Shown here: in pieces, positions 1 through 14,883 of the stretch | How the letters are laid out: each line of letters starts with the position of its first letter | Numbering within the stretch: the first letter of the stretch is position 1 | Assembly: GCA_963702425.1 (NCBI GenBank) | Contig: CAVPCQ010000025.1 | Coordinates: forward strand, 24,916 to 88,915 | Direction: 5' to 3' | DNA from: an uncultured Acidobacteriota bacterium | Lineage (GTDB): Bacteria > Acidobacteriota > Polarisedimenticolia > J045 | DNA: 64,000 nucleotides | Made by a program: the position numbers and the translations under genes | Notes under the pieces: generated by a model | What the model saw: only the letters and a program-made list of their open reading frames with translations | What the model was told of the DNA's origin: nothing | The model's database searches: none

Positions 1-604
1 AGATCCTGTCCATCGGCGCCAGGTCGCCGTCCATCGAGAAGACGCCGTCGGTGATGATCACCTTGACCCGCTTGTCGGCGTGCTCCTGGAGCTTGTCCTC
101 CAGGTGGGCCATGTCGCCGTGCTTGTAGGTGTCGTGCATCGCCTTGGCCAGGCGGATCCCGTCGATGATCGAGGCGTGGACCAGCCGGTCGCTGATCATC
201 ACGTCCTCGGGGCCCAGGATCGCCTCGAAGACGCCGGCGTTGGCGTCCAGGCAGCTCGGGAAGAGGATCGTGTCCTCGGTCCCGAGGAACTCGGTCAGCT
301 TATGCTCGAGCGTGCGGTGGACGTCCTGCGTCCCGCAGATGAAGCGGACCGAGGACATCCCGTAGCCGCGCTCGTCCAGCCCGCGGTGGGCGGCGGCGAC
401 GACCTCGGGGTGCGACGACAGGCCAAGATAGTTGTTGGAGCAGAGGTTGATCACCTCGCGCGGCGGGGCGTCGGTCGGGAACTCGACCGAGATGTGCGAG
501 GACTGCGGCGAGTGGATGTACCGCTCCTGCTTGAACAATCCCTTCTCCTGCAGGTCGGCCAGCGTCGCCTGCCAGGTTTCCTTGACGGCAGCCGGGTAAG
601 CCAT
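1..604 (-). CDS. PLP-dependent alpha-oxoamine synthase (Kbl/BioF family), paralogue; runs off the window start
   Basis: Manual translation of the minus strand from ATG at 604: MAYPAAVKETWQ...[12 protein letters not shown]...[14 protein letters not shown]...DRLVHASIIDG...[14 protein letters not shown]. Confidence 0.9.
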   Translation of the reverse strand, partial: MAYPAAVKETWQATLADLQEKGLFKQERYIHSPQSSHISVEFPTDAPPREVINLCSNNYLGLSSHPEVVAAAHRGLDERGYGMSSVRFICGTQDVHRTLEHKLTEFLGTEDTILFPSCLDANAGVFEAILGPEDVMISDRLVHASIIDGIRLAKAMHDTYKHGDMAHLEDKLQEHADKRVKVIITDGVFSMDGDLAPMDRI

Positions 605-606
605 GG

Positions 607-852
607 CTACGCCCCCTTCTGGAACTTCTGGACCAGCGCGATGATCGAGGTGACGGAGTCGAACGCCTCGGGCGAGGCCTCCTCGTCGGGGATGCTGACC
701 GCGTACTTCTTCTCGAGGAACCGCTTGAGGCTGACCATGCTGAAGCTGTCCACGATGCCCGACGAGATCAGCTTCGTGTTTTCGTCGAGCGGCATGTCGT
801 CGTCGTCTTCCAGGTATTCCTTGCGGATGTAGTCCAGGATCATTTCTTTCAC
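607..852 (-). CDS. Acyl carrier protein
   Basis: 81 aa acidic protein with GIVDSFSMV phosphopantetheine-attachment motif. Confidence 0.9.
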   Translation of the reverse strand: MKEMILDYIRKEYLEDDDDMPLDENTKLISSGIVDSFSMVSLKRFLEKKYAVSIPDEEASPEAFDSVTSIIALVQKFQKGA

Positions 853-865
853 GTGGGCCTCCGTC

Positions 866-2570
866 TCAGTCGTTTTCGAGCGTGCTGGTGTCGCCGATCT
901 CCTCGCCCCACTCCTTCGCCTTCAGCAGCCGGCGCATGATCTTGCCGCTGCGCGTCTTCGGCAGCTTGTCGACGAATTCGATCTCCTGCGGCATCGCCAG
1001 GGGCGAGAGCTTCTTGCGGATGAAGTTCATGATGTCCAGTTCCAGGTCATCGTCGGGCACGACGCCGGGGCGCAGCGCGACGAAGGCCTTGACCACCTCC
1101 ATGTTCATCAGGTCAGGCTTGCCGATCGCGGCCGACTCGGCGACCGCCGGGTGCTCCAGCAGCGCGCTCTCGATCTCGAACGGCCCGACCAGGTGGCCGC
1201 CGGTGTTGATCACGTCGTCGTCGCGCCCGGTGAACCAGACGTAGCCGTCGGCGTCGAGGCTCCCGCGGTCGCCGCAGATGTACCAGCCGCCCAGGAACTT
1301 GCCGTAGTAGGTGGCGGAGTTGTTCCAATAGTGGCGCATCATGCTGGGCCAGGGCGGCCGCACCGCGATCATCCCGACGCGGCCGGGCTCGGTGATCGGC
1401 TCGCCGGTGTCGGGATCGACGATCGTCGGCCTCCAGGGCGGGGAAGGCGCGGCCCATGCTGCCCGGCTTGACCGGCATCCCGGGCAGGTTCGTGACCACG
1501 ATGCAGCCGGTTTCGGTCTGCCAGAAGGTGTCGTGGAAGTCGAGCTTGAACGCTTCGCGGCCCCAGTGCACCGCTTCCGCGTTGAGCGGCTCGCCGACGC
1601 TGGCGAGGTGGCGCAGCGAGGAGAGGTCGCAGGCCCGGACCGGCTCGAGGCCGTCCTTCATCAGCATCCGGATTGCGGTCGGGGCGGTGTACCAGACCGT
1701 GATCCTGTGCTTCTCGATCGTCTTGTACCAGCGCTCGCTGGAGAACCCCGCGTCCAGCACGACCTGCGTCGCGCCCATCGACCAGGGGCCGATGATTCCG
1801 TAGCTCGTCCCGGTGACCCAGCCCGGATCGGCCGTGCACCAGTAGATGTCGTCGTCCTTGACGTCGAGGACCATCTGCGTGGTCAGGTACTGCGCCACGA
1901 CGCTGCCGTGGACGTGGAGCGCCCCCTTCGGCTTGCCGGTCGTGCCGCTGGTGTAGTGCAGCACGCTCGGCGTCTCGGCGAAGGTCTTCGTCGCCGTGAA
2001 GCGCTCGAGGCGGTGGTCCTCCATCCGGAACGCGACCTCGCCCTCCTGCAGCGGCTTGCCGTCGGCGTCGTGGTCGATCACGATCACGACCTTCAGGTCG
2101 GGCAGCTTCTCGCGGATCTTGCGGACCTTGGCCAGGTGCTTGCGCTGCGTGATCACGGCGCTCGCGCGGCTGTCCTCCATCCGAGTCAGGAGCGCGTCGG
2201 TGCCGAAGGCCGAGAACAGCGGCTCGACCACGGCGCCGGCCTTGAGGATTCCGAGGAACGAGATGTACAGCTCCGGCACCCGGTCGAGGAAGAGGCAGAC
2301 GCGGTCCCGCGGCCGGACGCCCTGCTTGGCGAGGTAGTCGGCCCAGCCGTTGGAGAGGACGGAGAGGTCGCGGAAGCTGAACCGGCGCACCTCCCCGGCG
2401 TGGTTCTCATGCAAGAGCGCGGTCTTCTCGCCACGGCCCTGCTCGACGATCCGGTCGGTGCAGAGCCAGCCGATATTGACGGGGCCGTGCTCCGCGAGCC
2501 CGAGCTCGCGTCGTGCAGCATCCCAGGACGTCTTGGCGCGCAGCGATTCGTAGTCCGAGGCCGCGATCAA
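866..2570 (-). CDS. Acetate/acyl-CoA ligase (AcsA-like AMP-binding enzyme); frameshifts near 1370-1430
   Basis: YTSGTTGKPKG, TADPGWVTG, DTFWQTETG in ORF 1113..2771 and PKTRSGKIMRRLLK in ORF 866..1372; TTG start at 2570 after GGAGG. Confidence 0.88.
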
Positions 2571-2810
2571 ACTCCCTCCTCCCGTGCGGTAGAGCACGAC
2601 CGGCACCCGGCCGCCTGGTGGGGGAGGGGACGGGCTCGCACAGTTTAACATCCCGGTAAGCCCCCCGGAAGCCGCCCCGGGCGGGCGAAACCGGCGCGAA
2701 ATCCGGTCTTGCCCCGCCGCCGGAGGGTGGTCGGCGGGGCGCGCCGGGGCGACAATGGCCCGCCCTCCCATCCCCCCGGGACACTCGTCCTCGCGAGGAC
2801 GCCTTCAGCG

Positions 2811-4001
2811 ATGTTCGGACACCTCAAGGACCACCTGACGACCGAGCTGTCCGCGATCCGGAGCTCCGGGCTCTGGAAGAGCGAGCGGGTCATCACCAGC
2901 CCGCAGGGGCCGGCGATCACGCTCGACAGTGGCCAGTCGGTCCTGAATTTCTGCTCCAACAACTACCTCGGGCTGTCGGGCGCGCCGTGGCTGATCGAGG
3001 CCGCCCAGGCGGTGCTCAAGGACCGCGGCTATGGCATGTCCTCCGTCCGCTTCATCTGCGGCACACAGGACATCCACCGCGAGCTGGAGCAGCGCATCGC
3101 GGAATTCGTCGGGCAGGACGACGCGATCCTCTACGCCGCGGCGTTCGACGCCAACGGCGGCGTCTTCGAGCCGCTGCTCGGCGAGGACGACGCGATCCTC
3201 GCCGACCGGCTCAACCACGCCTCGATCATCGACGGCGTCCGGCTCTGCAAGGCGCGGCGCTTCGTCTACAAGCACAACGACATGGACGAGCTGGAGGCCA
3301 AGCTGCAGCAGGCCCGCTGGTGCCGCTTCCGGCTGATCGCCACCGACGGCGTCTTCTCGATGGACGGCGACCTCGCGCCGCTGCCCGACATCTGCGCGCT
3401 GGCCGAGCGCTACGACGCGCTGGTCATGGTCGACGACTGCCACGCCACCGGCTTCATCGGCAAGCACGGCCGCGGGACGGCCGAGCACTGGGGCGTCACG
3501 GGGCGGGTCGACATCACGACCGGGACGTTCGGCAAGGCGCTGGGCGGCGGTCAGGGCGGGTTCACCGCATCGCACCGCGAGGTCGTCGACCTGCTGCGCC
3601 AGCGCTCGCGGCCGTACCTGTTCTCCAACACGCTCGTCCCGGAGGTGGTCGGCGGCTCGCTCGCGGTGCTCAAGCGGCTGTCCGAGACGACCGCGCTGCG
3701 CGACAAGCTGGAGGCGAACACGCGCTACTTCCGCGAGCAGATCGCCGAGCTGGGCTTCGAGATCAAGCCGGGCTGGACGCCGATCATCCCCGTCATGCTC
3801 CACGACGCGGTGCTGGCGCAGAAGGTCGCGGCCGACCTGCTCGACGAGGGGATCTACGTGATCGGCTTCTTCTACCCGGTGGTCGCAATGGGCGAGGCGC
3901 GGATCCGCGTGCAGATCTCCGCCGCGCACGAGCGCGAACACCTGGACCGCTGCCTCGCGGGCTTCGAGAAGGTGGGGCGGCGACACGGAGTGATATCGTA
4001 G
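2811..4001 (+). CDS. kbl: Glycine C-acetyltransferase (2-amino-3-ketobutyrate CoA ligase)
   Basis: [62 protein letters not shown]. Confidence 0.93.
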   Translation: MFGHLKDHLTTELSAIRSSGLWKSERVITSPQGPAITLDSGQSVLNFCSNNYLGLSGAPWLIEAAQAVLKDRGYGMSSVRFICGTQDIHRELEQRIAEFVGQDDAILYAAAFDANGGVFEPLLGEDDAILADRLNHASIIDGVRLCKARRFVYKHNDMDELEAKLQQARWCRFRLIATDGVFSMDGDLAPLPDICALAERYDALVMVDDCHATGFIGKHGRGTAEHWGVTGRVDITTGTFGKALGGGQGGFTASHREVVDLLRQRSRPYLFSNTLVPEVVGGSLAVLKRLSETTALRDKLEANTRYFREQIAELGFEIKPGWTPIIPVMLHDAVLAQKVAADLLDEGIYVIGFFYPVVAMGEARIRVQISAAHEREHLDRCLAGFEKVGRRHGVIS

Positions 4002-4027
4002 GGCGCGATGGACGCGGGAGATCACGC

Positions 4028-4705
4028 GTGAGCCTGCTCGCCTCGGCCTGGGCCGCCTGCCGGGCGCTGAGCGCCCGGGTGCGCGGCGGTGCGGACGCCG
4101 TCGGAACGGCCGGAGCAGCGCCGAACCGGGGCGACGCGGAGTCCGCCTCCGACGACCGCGTGCCGACCGACTTCGACGAGATCGAGCGCCTGCTCCTCGC
4201 CTCCGAAAAACACGCCCCGGCCGACCGCCGCGTCGCGGACGGGATGGTCTGGCTGGCCGGGCAGCGCGCCGAGGCCGGCCAGCTCGAGGAGGCCTACCGC
4301 CTGCTCCACCGCGCGATCGCGATCCGCGAGCGCGCCGGACGCCAGGGGGGGCGCGGGATCACCCGCACGATGGAGGCGCTGTCGAGCGTCGCGGCCCAGA
4401 TGAGACGCTACGACGAGGCGCTCGAGATGCGGCGCCGGACGCTGCGCAACCGGGAGAAGATCCACGGCCCAAACCACCCCGAGGTCGCCTACGGGCTGGC
4501 CCAGCTGTCGAACCTCCTGTGGGAGATGGGACAGACCCGTGCCGCGTGGGAGTGCCACCGCGGCGCGATCGACATGGTGCGCGAGGCCCCGGTCGGCCAG
4601 ATCCCGGCGGAGCTGCGCGAGGCGTTGCGGGACTTCCCGGGCCGCAACGGCGACGGGCGCCCGCACCCGCCGCGGATGCCGCGCTCCGAGATCGGCCTCA
4701 ACTGA
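4028..4705 (+). CDS. TPR-repeat protein (kinesin-light-chain-like repeats)
   Basis: C-terminal part of ORF 2987..4705: EEAYRLLHRAIAIRE, YDEALEMRRRTLRNREKIHGPNHPEVAYGL; start uncertain. Confidence 0.65.
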   Translation: MSLLASAWAACRALSARVRGGADAVGTAGAAPNRGDAESASDDRVPTDFDEIERLLLASEKHAPADRRVADGMVWLAGQRAEAGQLEEAYRLLHRAIAIRERAGRQGGRGITRTMEALSSVAAQMRRYDEALEMRRRTLRNREKIHGPNHPEVAYGLAQLSNLLWEMGQTRAAWECHRGAIDMVREAPVGQIPAELREALRDFPGRNGDGRPHPPRMPRSEIGLN

Positions 4706-4861
4706 CGGCAGGCGCAGCCCCGGCGTAGTCTCGTGCCCAGGAGCGCCCCCCCCGAGCGACCGGCGAAGCCTGGGCCGCTAGCCTGCCGGCGCGGTTCGGC
4801 GTACCTTCCGGCGGTCTCGAGCGCCCGCCGGGGGAGCGCCGAAGACGGAAGCGCCCGGATC

Positions 4862-6506
4862 GTGACCATTCCGCTACATGCCAGGCTCTCGAAGCGAAAC
4901 ACCCTCATCGCCCTGGCGTGGGTGGCGAGCGGGAGTGTCCTGCTCGCCGGAGCGGCCCCCCCGAGACGGTCGTCGTCGGCGACCGGACCGTGATCGTCGA
5001 GAAGGAACTCCCTTCCGCCGCGGCGTCCGCGCTGTCCGTGAACGATGCCCTCCGCGAGGCGAGCCGCGCGCGCCCGCGCGTCGCCCCGCGCCTTGCCGAC
5101 TGGCTCGAGCGGGCCGCGCCCGGCGAGCGGACCGTGATCCTGCGCGTCGATCCGGAGGCCGGACTGGATGCTCGTCGAGGTCGATCGCGCGGAGGCCGCG
5201 GAACTTGCGCGTGTCGCCGGCCCCGACACCCGGCTCGAGCTGCTCGCCGAGCGCGAGCCGGCGCTGCGCTGGGTGCGTCCGACGCTGGGTATTCCGCGCG
5301 CCTGGAAGATCGCCGGCCACGGCGAAGGGGTGAGGGTCGGCCTAGTCGAGATCGGCGGGCTCGGCCGCACGACCGACACGGTGATTCCGTTCCTGCGCTA
5401 CGGCGGCTGCGCCGACACGTGGCACGCCACGATGGTCGGCGGCGTGATCGCCCTGCGCCCGGCTGCGACGTGGAACCGCTGGTTACGAAGGGATCGCGTC
5501 GTCCGTACGACTGCTCGATGCCGGCGCCTGCTCGGCCCGTGACCACGACCTATTCGCCGCGATCGACTGGGCGCTGGCGCAGGGTGCGACGGTGCTGAAC
5601 CTCTCGTGGGGTGCGCCGACCGGCGGCGCCTACGACGCGGCCGCCACCCTCGTCGACGAGATCGCCTGGAGCCGGGGCACGCTGATCGTCGCGGCGGCAG
5701 GGAACGACAGCGCGTCGGTCTGGTCGCCGGCGCTCGCGCACAGCGCACTGGCGGTCGGAGCGACCGACGATCGCGACACCGAAACGGTGCGCGACGACGC
5801 GCTCGCGGGCTTCTCGTCCTGGATCGATCCGCGGAGCGGGAGCGCGAAACCAGAGCTGCTGGCGCCCGGGGAGGACGTGGTCACGGCGGCTCCCGGGTTC
5901 CAGGCGATGGCCCGCGCGACCGGCACCTCGGTCGCCGCGCCCGCGGTGACCGCCACGGCGGCGCTGCTGCTCGGCGCGCGTCCCGACCTCGCGGGCCACG
6001 GTCCGGCCGTTCGGGCGCTGCTGCTCGCCTCGGCGGGGCTCCAGCCCGGCGCTGGCGATGCCGATCGCAGCCCCGGAGATCGCGCGGGCGAGGGCTACCC
6101 GCGAGCCGAGATCGCGGCGGAGAGCGCGAGCGCCGGGCGCTATGGCTGGCAGGAACTGAGGTCCGGCGATGCCGGCACGAAGCGCACGCTGGCGACCCTG
6201 CGCCTGCGGCGCGGCCAGAAGGTCCGGGCCGCGATCGCGTGGGACCAGCCGGGGAGGTACCACGCCGCCGGCCTCGGTGCGATGGCCGACGTGGATCTCG
6301 CCCTGCTGGCGCCGAACGGCGCCGTCGTCGCCGAGAGCCGCGCGGCGGCAGGCGCCTACGAAGCGCTCACGGCCCGGGCGCCGGTCGGCGGCTACTACCG
6401 GCTGGTGGCGACCGTCTTCCGCCACGACACCCTGGATCGCGAGGGGCAGCTCCCCGGGCGCACGCCGCTCGGCTGGGCCTGGGCGATCATCCCCTCGGTC
6501 CGGTAA
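4862..6506 (+). CDS. Secreted S8 subtilisin-like serine protease, frameshifted
   Basis: Pieces in several frames: hydrophobic N-terminus, GEGVRVGLVE, HATMVGGVI, VLNLSWG, AAAGND, KPELLAPG, GTSVAAP, plus a C-terminal beta domain (IAWD...DVDL). Confidence 0.8.
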
Positions 6507-6578
6507 CCGGCTGCCCGGCCCCCTGCGGCGCCGGGGTGGGTTACCTTACGCACCGGGACGTTCCGGTGCGGAGAGCCG

Positions 6579-7847
6579 ATGGACCGACACGATAGCCCGA
6601 GCCGCCTGCGGGTCGAGGACTTCGAGCGCCTGCTCGACGTCACGCGCGCGCTCGCCCACGAGCTGGATCTCGACGCCCTCCTGACCCACATCGTCGACGC
6701 GGCGCGGGCGCTGCTGGATGCCGAGCGCGGCAGCGTCTTCCTCTACGACGCGAAGACCGGCGAGCTGTACACGAAGGTCGCCACCGGCAGCGGCCAGATC
6801 CGCGTCCCCCCGGGCCGCGGGATCGTTGGCGAGTGCGCCCAGACGCGGGCCGTGATCAACGTGCCCGACTGCTACGCTGACTCGCGCTTCGACCGCAGCT
6901 TCGACCAGCGCACCGGCTTCCGCACGCGCTGCCTCCTGACGGTGCCGCTCGTCGGCCACGACGAGGCGCTGGTCGGCGTGATGCAGGTCCTGAACCGGCG
7001 GGGCGGGTCGTTCGGCCAGCAGGACCAGCGCGTCGCGACCGCGCTCGCCGCGCAGTGCGCCGTCGCGCTCCAGCGCAGCCACATGCTGGAGGAACTGCTC
7101 GAGAAGCAGAAGATGGAGCGCGAGCTGCAGGTCGCGCGCGAGATCCAGCTGCGGTTCCTGCCGCAGAAGATGCCCGACCTGCCGCCCTACGAGTTCGCGG
7201 GGTGGATGCGCCCCGCCGACGAGACCGGCGGCGACGTCTTCGACACGATCCCGGCCGGCGACCGGCGGGTGGCGCTGCTGCTGGGCGACGCCACCGGCCA
7301 CGGGATCGGTCCGGCGCTGAGCGTGACGCAGGTGCGGTCGATGCTGCGCATCGCGCTCCGCCTCGGCGCCAGCCTCGAGGCATCCTTCAAGAACATCAAC
7401 GACCAGCTCGCGGCCGATCTTTCGAGCAACCGCTTCGTGACCGCCTTCCTGGGCGTACTCGACGCGGACGCGCACGAGATGCGCTTCCACAGCGCCGGCC
7501 AGTCCCCGGTCCTGCACCTGGTCGCGGCGACCGGCGAAATACGCGAGCTGCCGACGACCGCGCTGCCGCTCGGGATGTTCGCCGGGTTCCCGGTGCCCGA
7601 CCCGCCCCGGATCGAGCTGGCGCCGGGCGACATCGTCGCCCTGATCACCGACGGCGTCTTCGAGCGCGAGGCGGAGGGCGGGGAGCTGTTCGGCACCGAG
7701 CGCGTATCGGCGCTGCTGCTCGAGCACCGCGCGGCCCCGCTGGAGGAGATCATCGGTGTCGTCGTGGCCGCCGCAGATGCTTTCGGTGGGACCAGTCCGC
7801 AGGCCGACGACATGACGCTGCTGCTGGTCCGCCGCGGCGAGGGCTGA
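6579..7847 (+). CDS. GAF + SpoIIE/PP2C serine phosphatase (RsbU-like)
   Basis: N-terminal GAF domain; AREIQ, GGDVFD, GDATGHG, TDGVFE, QADDMT. Confidence 0.93.
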   Translation: MDRHDSPSRLRVEDFERLLDVTRALAHELDLDALLTHIVDAARALLDAERGSVFLYDAKTGELYTKVATGSGQIRVPPGRGIVGECAQTRAVINVPDCYADSRFDRSFDQRTGFRTRCLLTVPLVGHDEALVGVMQVLNRRGGSFGQQDQRVATALAAQCAVALQRSHMLEELLEKQKMERELQVAREIQLRFLPQKMPDLPPYEFAGWMRPADETGGDVFDTIPAGDRRVALLLGDATGHGIGPALSVTQVRSMLRIALRLGASLEASFKNINDQLAADLSSNRFVTAFLGVLDADAHEMRFHSAGQSPVLHLVAATGEIRELPTTALPLGMFAGFPVPDPPRIELAPGDIVALITDGVFEREAEGGELFGTERVSALLLEHRAAPLEEIIGVVVAAADAFGGTSPQADDMTLLLVRRGEG

Positions 7848-7851
7848 GCGG

Positions 7852-8757
7852 TCAGAACGGGATCTCGTCCCCTTCGCGTGCCAGCGACGTGTTGGGGAAC
7901 TCCGCCCGGGCCAGCGCCAGGATCTGCTCCAGCTCGTCGTCCGTGTGCTCCGGGTGGTGGTGGAACAGCACGAGGTTCTTCACCCGCGCCGTGCGCGCCA
8001 GCGCCACGGCGGCGTACCACGTGCTGTGCCCCCAGCCGCGGCGCAGGCTCTCGTACTCCGACGGGATGTAGGTCGCGTCGTAGATCAGGTGGTCCGCGTC
8101 CTCGCAGAAGACGTTCAGCGCCGCGTCGACCGCGGCGTCGCCGTGCTCGTGGTCGGTGGCGAAGATGACGCGCCGCCCGGCATGGTCGAGGCGAAAGGCG
8201 TTCGAGCCGTCCGGGTGATTCAGCGGCAGCGTACTCACCGTGACGTCGCGGATCGTGAACGGACGCCCGTCGATCTCGACGTATTCCAGCATCGCCGGCG
8301 AGCCGGCGAGCGCGACGGGGAACCAGGGCGGCTGGATCAGTTGCTCGAGCGTGTCGCGGAGGCTCATCCGGTGGGGCGCGCAGCCGCGCACGACGATCCG
8401 GCTGTGGCCATCGTAAAGCGGCATGAACAGCGGCAGCCCTTCGATGTGGTCGAAGTGGTAGTGCGAGAAGAGCAGGTGGACCGTCGTCGGCTTCCCGGCG
8501 CGCTCGGCGCGGATCGCGGCCCCGAGGTGCCGCAGGCCGGTCCCTCCGTCCAGGACCAGGTACTCGTCCTCGGCGAGCCGGGCGGCCAGGCAGATCGTGT
8601 TCCCGCCGTAGCGCAGCCGGTCCGCCGCGGGAGTCGCCACGGTCCCCCGGACCCCCCAGAAACGAAGCCCATAACTGGAAGCGCTCACCGGTCCCTCGTC
8701 CGCCGGCGGTCGCTCGTCGCCGGACAGCTCACGGATTCTAGCCCGACCCGACGCCAT
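7852..8757 (-). CDS. MBL-fold metallo-hydrolase (possible cyclic-nucleotide phosphodiesterase)
   Basis: FWGVRGT, YGGNT, DGGTG, SHYHFDHIEG, NHPDG, TDHEH, GWGHST, FHHHP; start uncertain. Confidence 0.88.
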   Translation of the reverse strand: MASGRARIRELSGDERPPADEGPVSASSYGLRFWGVRGTVATPAADRLRYGGNTICLAARLAEDEYLVLDGGTGLRHLGAAIRAERAGKPTTVHLLFSHYHFDHIEGLPLFMPLYDGHSRIVVRGCAPHRMSLRDTLEQLIQPPWFPVALAGSPAMLEYVEIDGRPFTIRDVTVSTLPLNHPDGSNAFRLDHAGRRVIFATDHEHGDAAVDAALNVFCEDADHLIYDATYIPSEYESLRRGWGHSTWYAAVALARTARVKNLVLFHHHPEHTDDELEQILALARAEFPNTSLAREGDEIPF

Positions 8758-8962
8758 CGCCCTCGCCTGCTGGTCCGGCCTGGCGTTGCCAGCGGCCAGA
8801 ACCTCGCTCAGGTCAGCAAGATAACAAGTAACTGAGCTCTAGCTAACTTTGCCGACACGGTAAACTAGCCTCAATATAGGGTTAGCGGAAGCGTATGCTC
8901 TTCCGCGTTCGGAAGGTCCCGGAACGGGGGACGAAGAGTCCGTGCGAGGGAGGGGCGGGACC

Positions 8963-12387
<3,425 letters not shown>

Positions 12388-12388
<1 letters not shown>

Positions 12389-14418
12389 TGGCCCGGCGGG
12401 CGGGTCCGCGCCCCCGCGTCCGGTCGCACCGGACCCGCACCGCCGTTCTCCTCGCCCTGCTCCCCGGCCTCGTCGGGGCGCTCCTGATGAACTGGCCTCC
12501 CGCCGAGGGGCTGGAGAAGTCGGGGCTCGACTTCCTGTTCATGACCCGCGGCTCGCTTCCCGAGCCCCCGAAGGTGCGCGTCGTCGCGATCGACGACGAC
12601 TCGTACGAGGAGCTGGGCTTCGAGCCGACCAGCCCCTGGCCGCGCGGCCTGCACGGTGAGCTGATCCGCACGCTCGCGGCGCAGGGCGCGCGGGCCGTCG
12701 CCTTCGACGTGATCTTCGAGGAGGCCGGCGACCCGGAGCAGGACGAAGCCCTCCGCTCCGCGCTGGAAGAGACCGGAATCGTCGTGCTCGGCGCGACCGT
12801 CGACCAGGTCATCGACCCGCGCTTCCGGCGGGCCCAGACCGTCGAGCCCTACGAGCCGTTCGCCCGCGCGGCGGCCGCGCTGGCCGAGGTGAACCTGCTG
12901 CCCGACAGCGACGGCGTGATCCGCAGCGCCTGGCTGGTGCCCTACGGCCGGCCGGGCCTGGCGCTCGCAGCGTACGAGAGAGCGACGGGCGACACCTCGC
13001 AGCGCGACGAGGAGGCGCGCCTGATCGACTACTACGGCCCGCCGCGGACGGTGCGGACCGTCTCGCTCTACCAGGCGCTCGAGCCGGAGCGCTTCCTACC
13101 CCCCGACTTCTTCGAGGACGCGATCGTCTTCGTCGGACTCTCGCAGGCCGCGGCCGCGGGCCCGGCGGCGAAGGACGCCTTCATGACGCCCTACCGCGGG
13201 GCCAGCGGCGCCGCGACCTTCGGCGTCGAGATCCACGCGACGATCGCCGCGAACCTGCTCGAGGGACGCCGGATCGACCTGCTCCCGCCCTGGGTCGAGA
13301 TCGGGATGTTGATCCTGCTGCCGATCATCGCCTCGATCGCTTTCGTGTGGCTGGGGCCGCTCTACGGACTGCTCGCCCTCGCCGCGCTCCTGGTCCTGCC
13401 CTTCGCGACGAGCTACGTCGCGTTCAACCACTTCCAGCTCTGGACCCCGACCGTGATCCCGGCGGCGATCCAGCTCCCGCTGGCCTATGTCGTCAGCGTG
13501 ATCTGGTTCTACCTGACCACCGTGCGCGACCGCGAGCGAATCAAGCGCGCCTTCTCGCTCTACCTCTCGCCGGCGATGACCAAGCAGATCGCGGAGGACC
13601 CTTCGAAGCTCGACCTCGGCGGCGAGGAGATCGTCGCCACCGCGATGTTCACCGACATCAAGGGGTTCACCACGGTCGCCGAGTTGATGTCCGCCAAGGA
13701 GACCGCGGCGCTGCTCAATCGCTACTTCTCCGAGGCGACGCGCCACGTCTTCGACTCCGGCGGGACGCTGGTGAAGTACATCGGCGACGCGGTCTTCGCG
13801 ATCTGGGGCGCCCCGTTGAAGATGGAGGACCACGCGGAGAAGGCCTGCGAGGCGGCGCTCGCGCTCTCGCGGATGCAGGCTGGCGGCGACGGAACGGAAG
13901 GCGAGGACCACCCGGTGCACCAGCTCAAGACGAGAATCGGCGTGCACACCGGGCCGATGCTGGTCGGCAACCTGGGGTCGGCGCAGCGCTTCGACTACAC
14001 CGCGATCGGCGACGCGGTGAACCTGTCGGCGCGGCTGGAAGGCCTGAACAAGCTGTTCGGCACACGGGCGATGATCTCGGGGGACACGCTGGCCCTGGCC
14101 GGCGGCCACTTCGCCGTGCGCAAGCTGGGCCGCGTGCGGGTCGTGGGACGCGGCGAGCCGGTGACGGTCTACGAGCTGCTCGGCCGGACCGGCGAGGCGA
14201 CCACGCCGCCGGCGGAGACGGTGGCCCGGTTCGAGGCGGCGCTGGCAGCGTTCGAGGCGGGCCGCTTCGCGGAGGCGGGGGCGGCGTTCGAGGCGGTTGC
14301 GCTCGAGGGCGAGGTCGCAGACGCCCCCGCGGCCTTCTACACGGGTCTCTGCCGCCGGTACCATGAGCAGCCGCCGCCGGGACCGTGGGACGGCGTGGTG
14401 ACCGCGGAGTCGAAGTGA
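12388..14418 (+). CDS. CHASE2-domain class III adenylate cyclase
   Basis: ATG overlaps the upstream TGA; CHASE2 (VVAIDDDS, WPRGLH, FGVEIHA), TM helices, MFTDIKGFT, KYIGDA, IGDAVNLSARLE. Confidence 0.93.
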
Positions 14419-14446
14419 ACGGGTCGTGAGCAGGAGGAGTCGGGCG

Positions 14447-14833
14447 ATGTCGCGGAAGTTCGTCGTGGGGATGGCCGTCCTGGCGCTCGGCGCCGCCTTC
14501 GCAGCCGGACGGGCGAGCGGTGCCGGATCGGCCGTCGCGCCGGCCGCCGGAACGTCGGTGACCGCCGCCGAGGGATACGGCCTGGTCGCGCTGCGCAACA
14601 CCTACGATCCCGGCGAGAGTGCGCCGCTGCACGAGCACGCCGCCCCGCGCCTGGTGGTCGTGCTGTCGGGCGGCTCGTTCGAGGTCACGGCCGGCGACGG
14701 GGCGATGCGCACGGTGGACCTCGCCGCCGGACAGGTCATGTTCCGCGGGCCCGAGACGCACGCGCTGAAGAACGTCGGCGACACGACGATCGAGACGATC
14801 GAGCTGGACCTGAATCGGGGACAGCAACCGTAA
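14447..14833 (+). CDS. Secreted cupin-domain protein
   Basis: Signal peptide; PGESAPLHEH...THALKNVG cupin motifs. Confidence 0.75.
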   Translation: MSRKFVVGMAVLALGAAFAAGRASGAGSAVAPAAGTSVTAAEGYGLVALRNTYDPGESAPLHEHAAPRLVVVLSGGSFEVTAGDGAMRTVDLAAGQVMFRGPETHALKNVGDTTIETIELDLNRGQQP

Positions 14834-14883
14834 GTCGGTAAGTCGGCCGAATCGGGGACAGCAACCGTAAGCCGGTTAGCCGG
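14812..14883. repeat. Tandem direct repeat GAATCGGGGACAGCAACCGTAAG(T/C)CGG, two copies
   Basis: Copies begin at 14812 and 14849; a related copy lies at 42926-42965. Confidence 0.85.
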
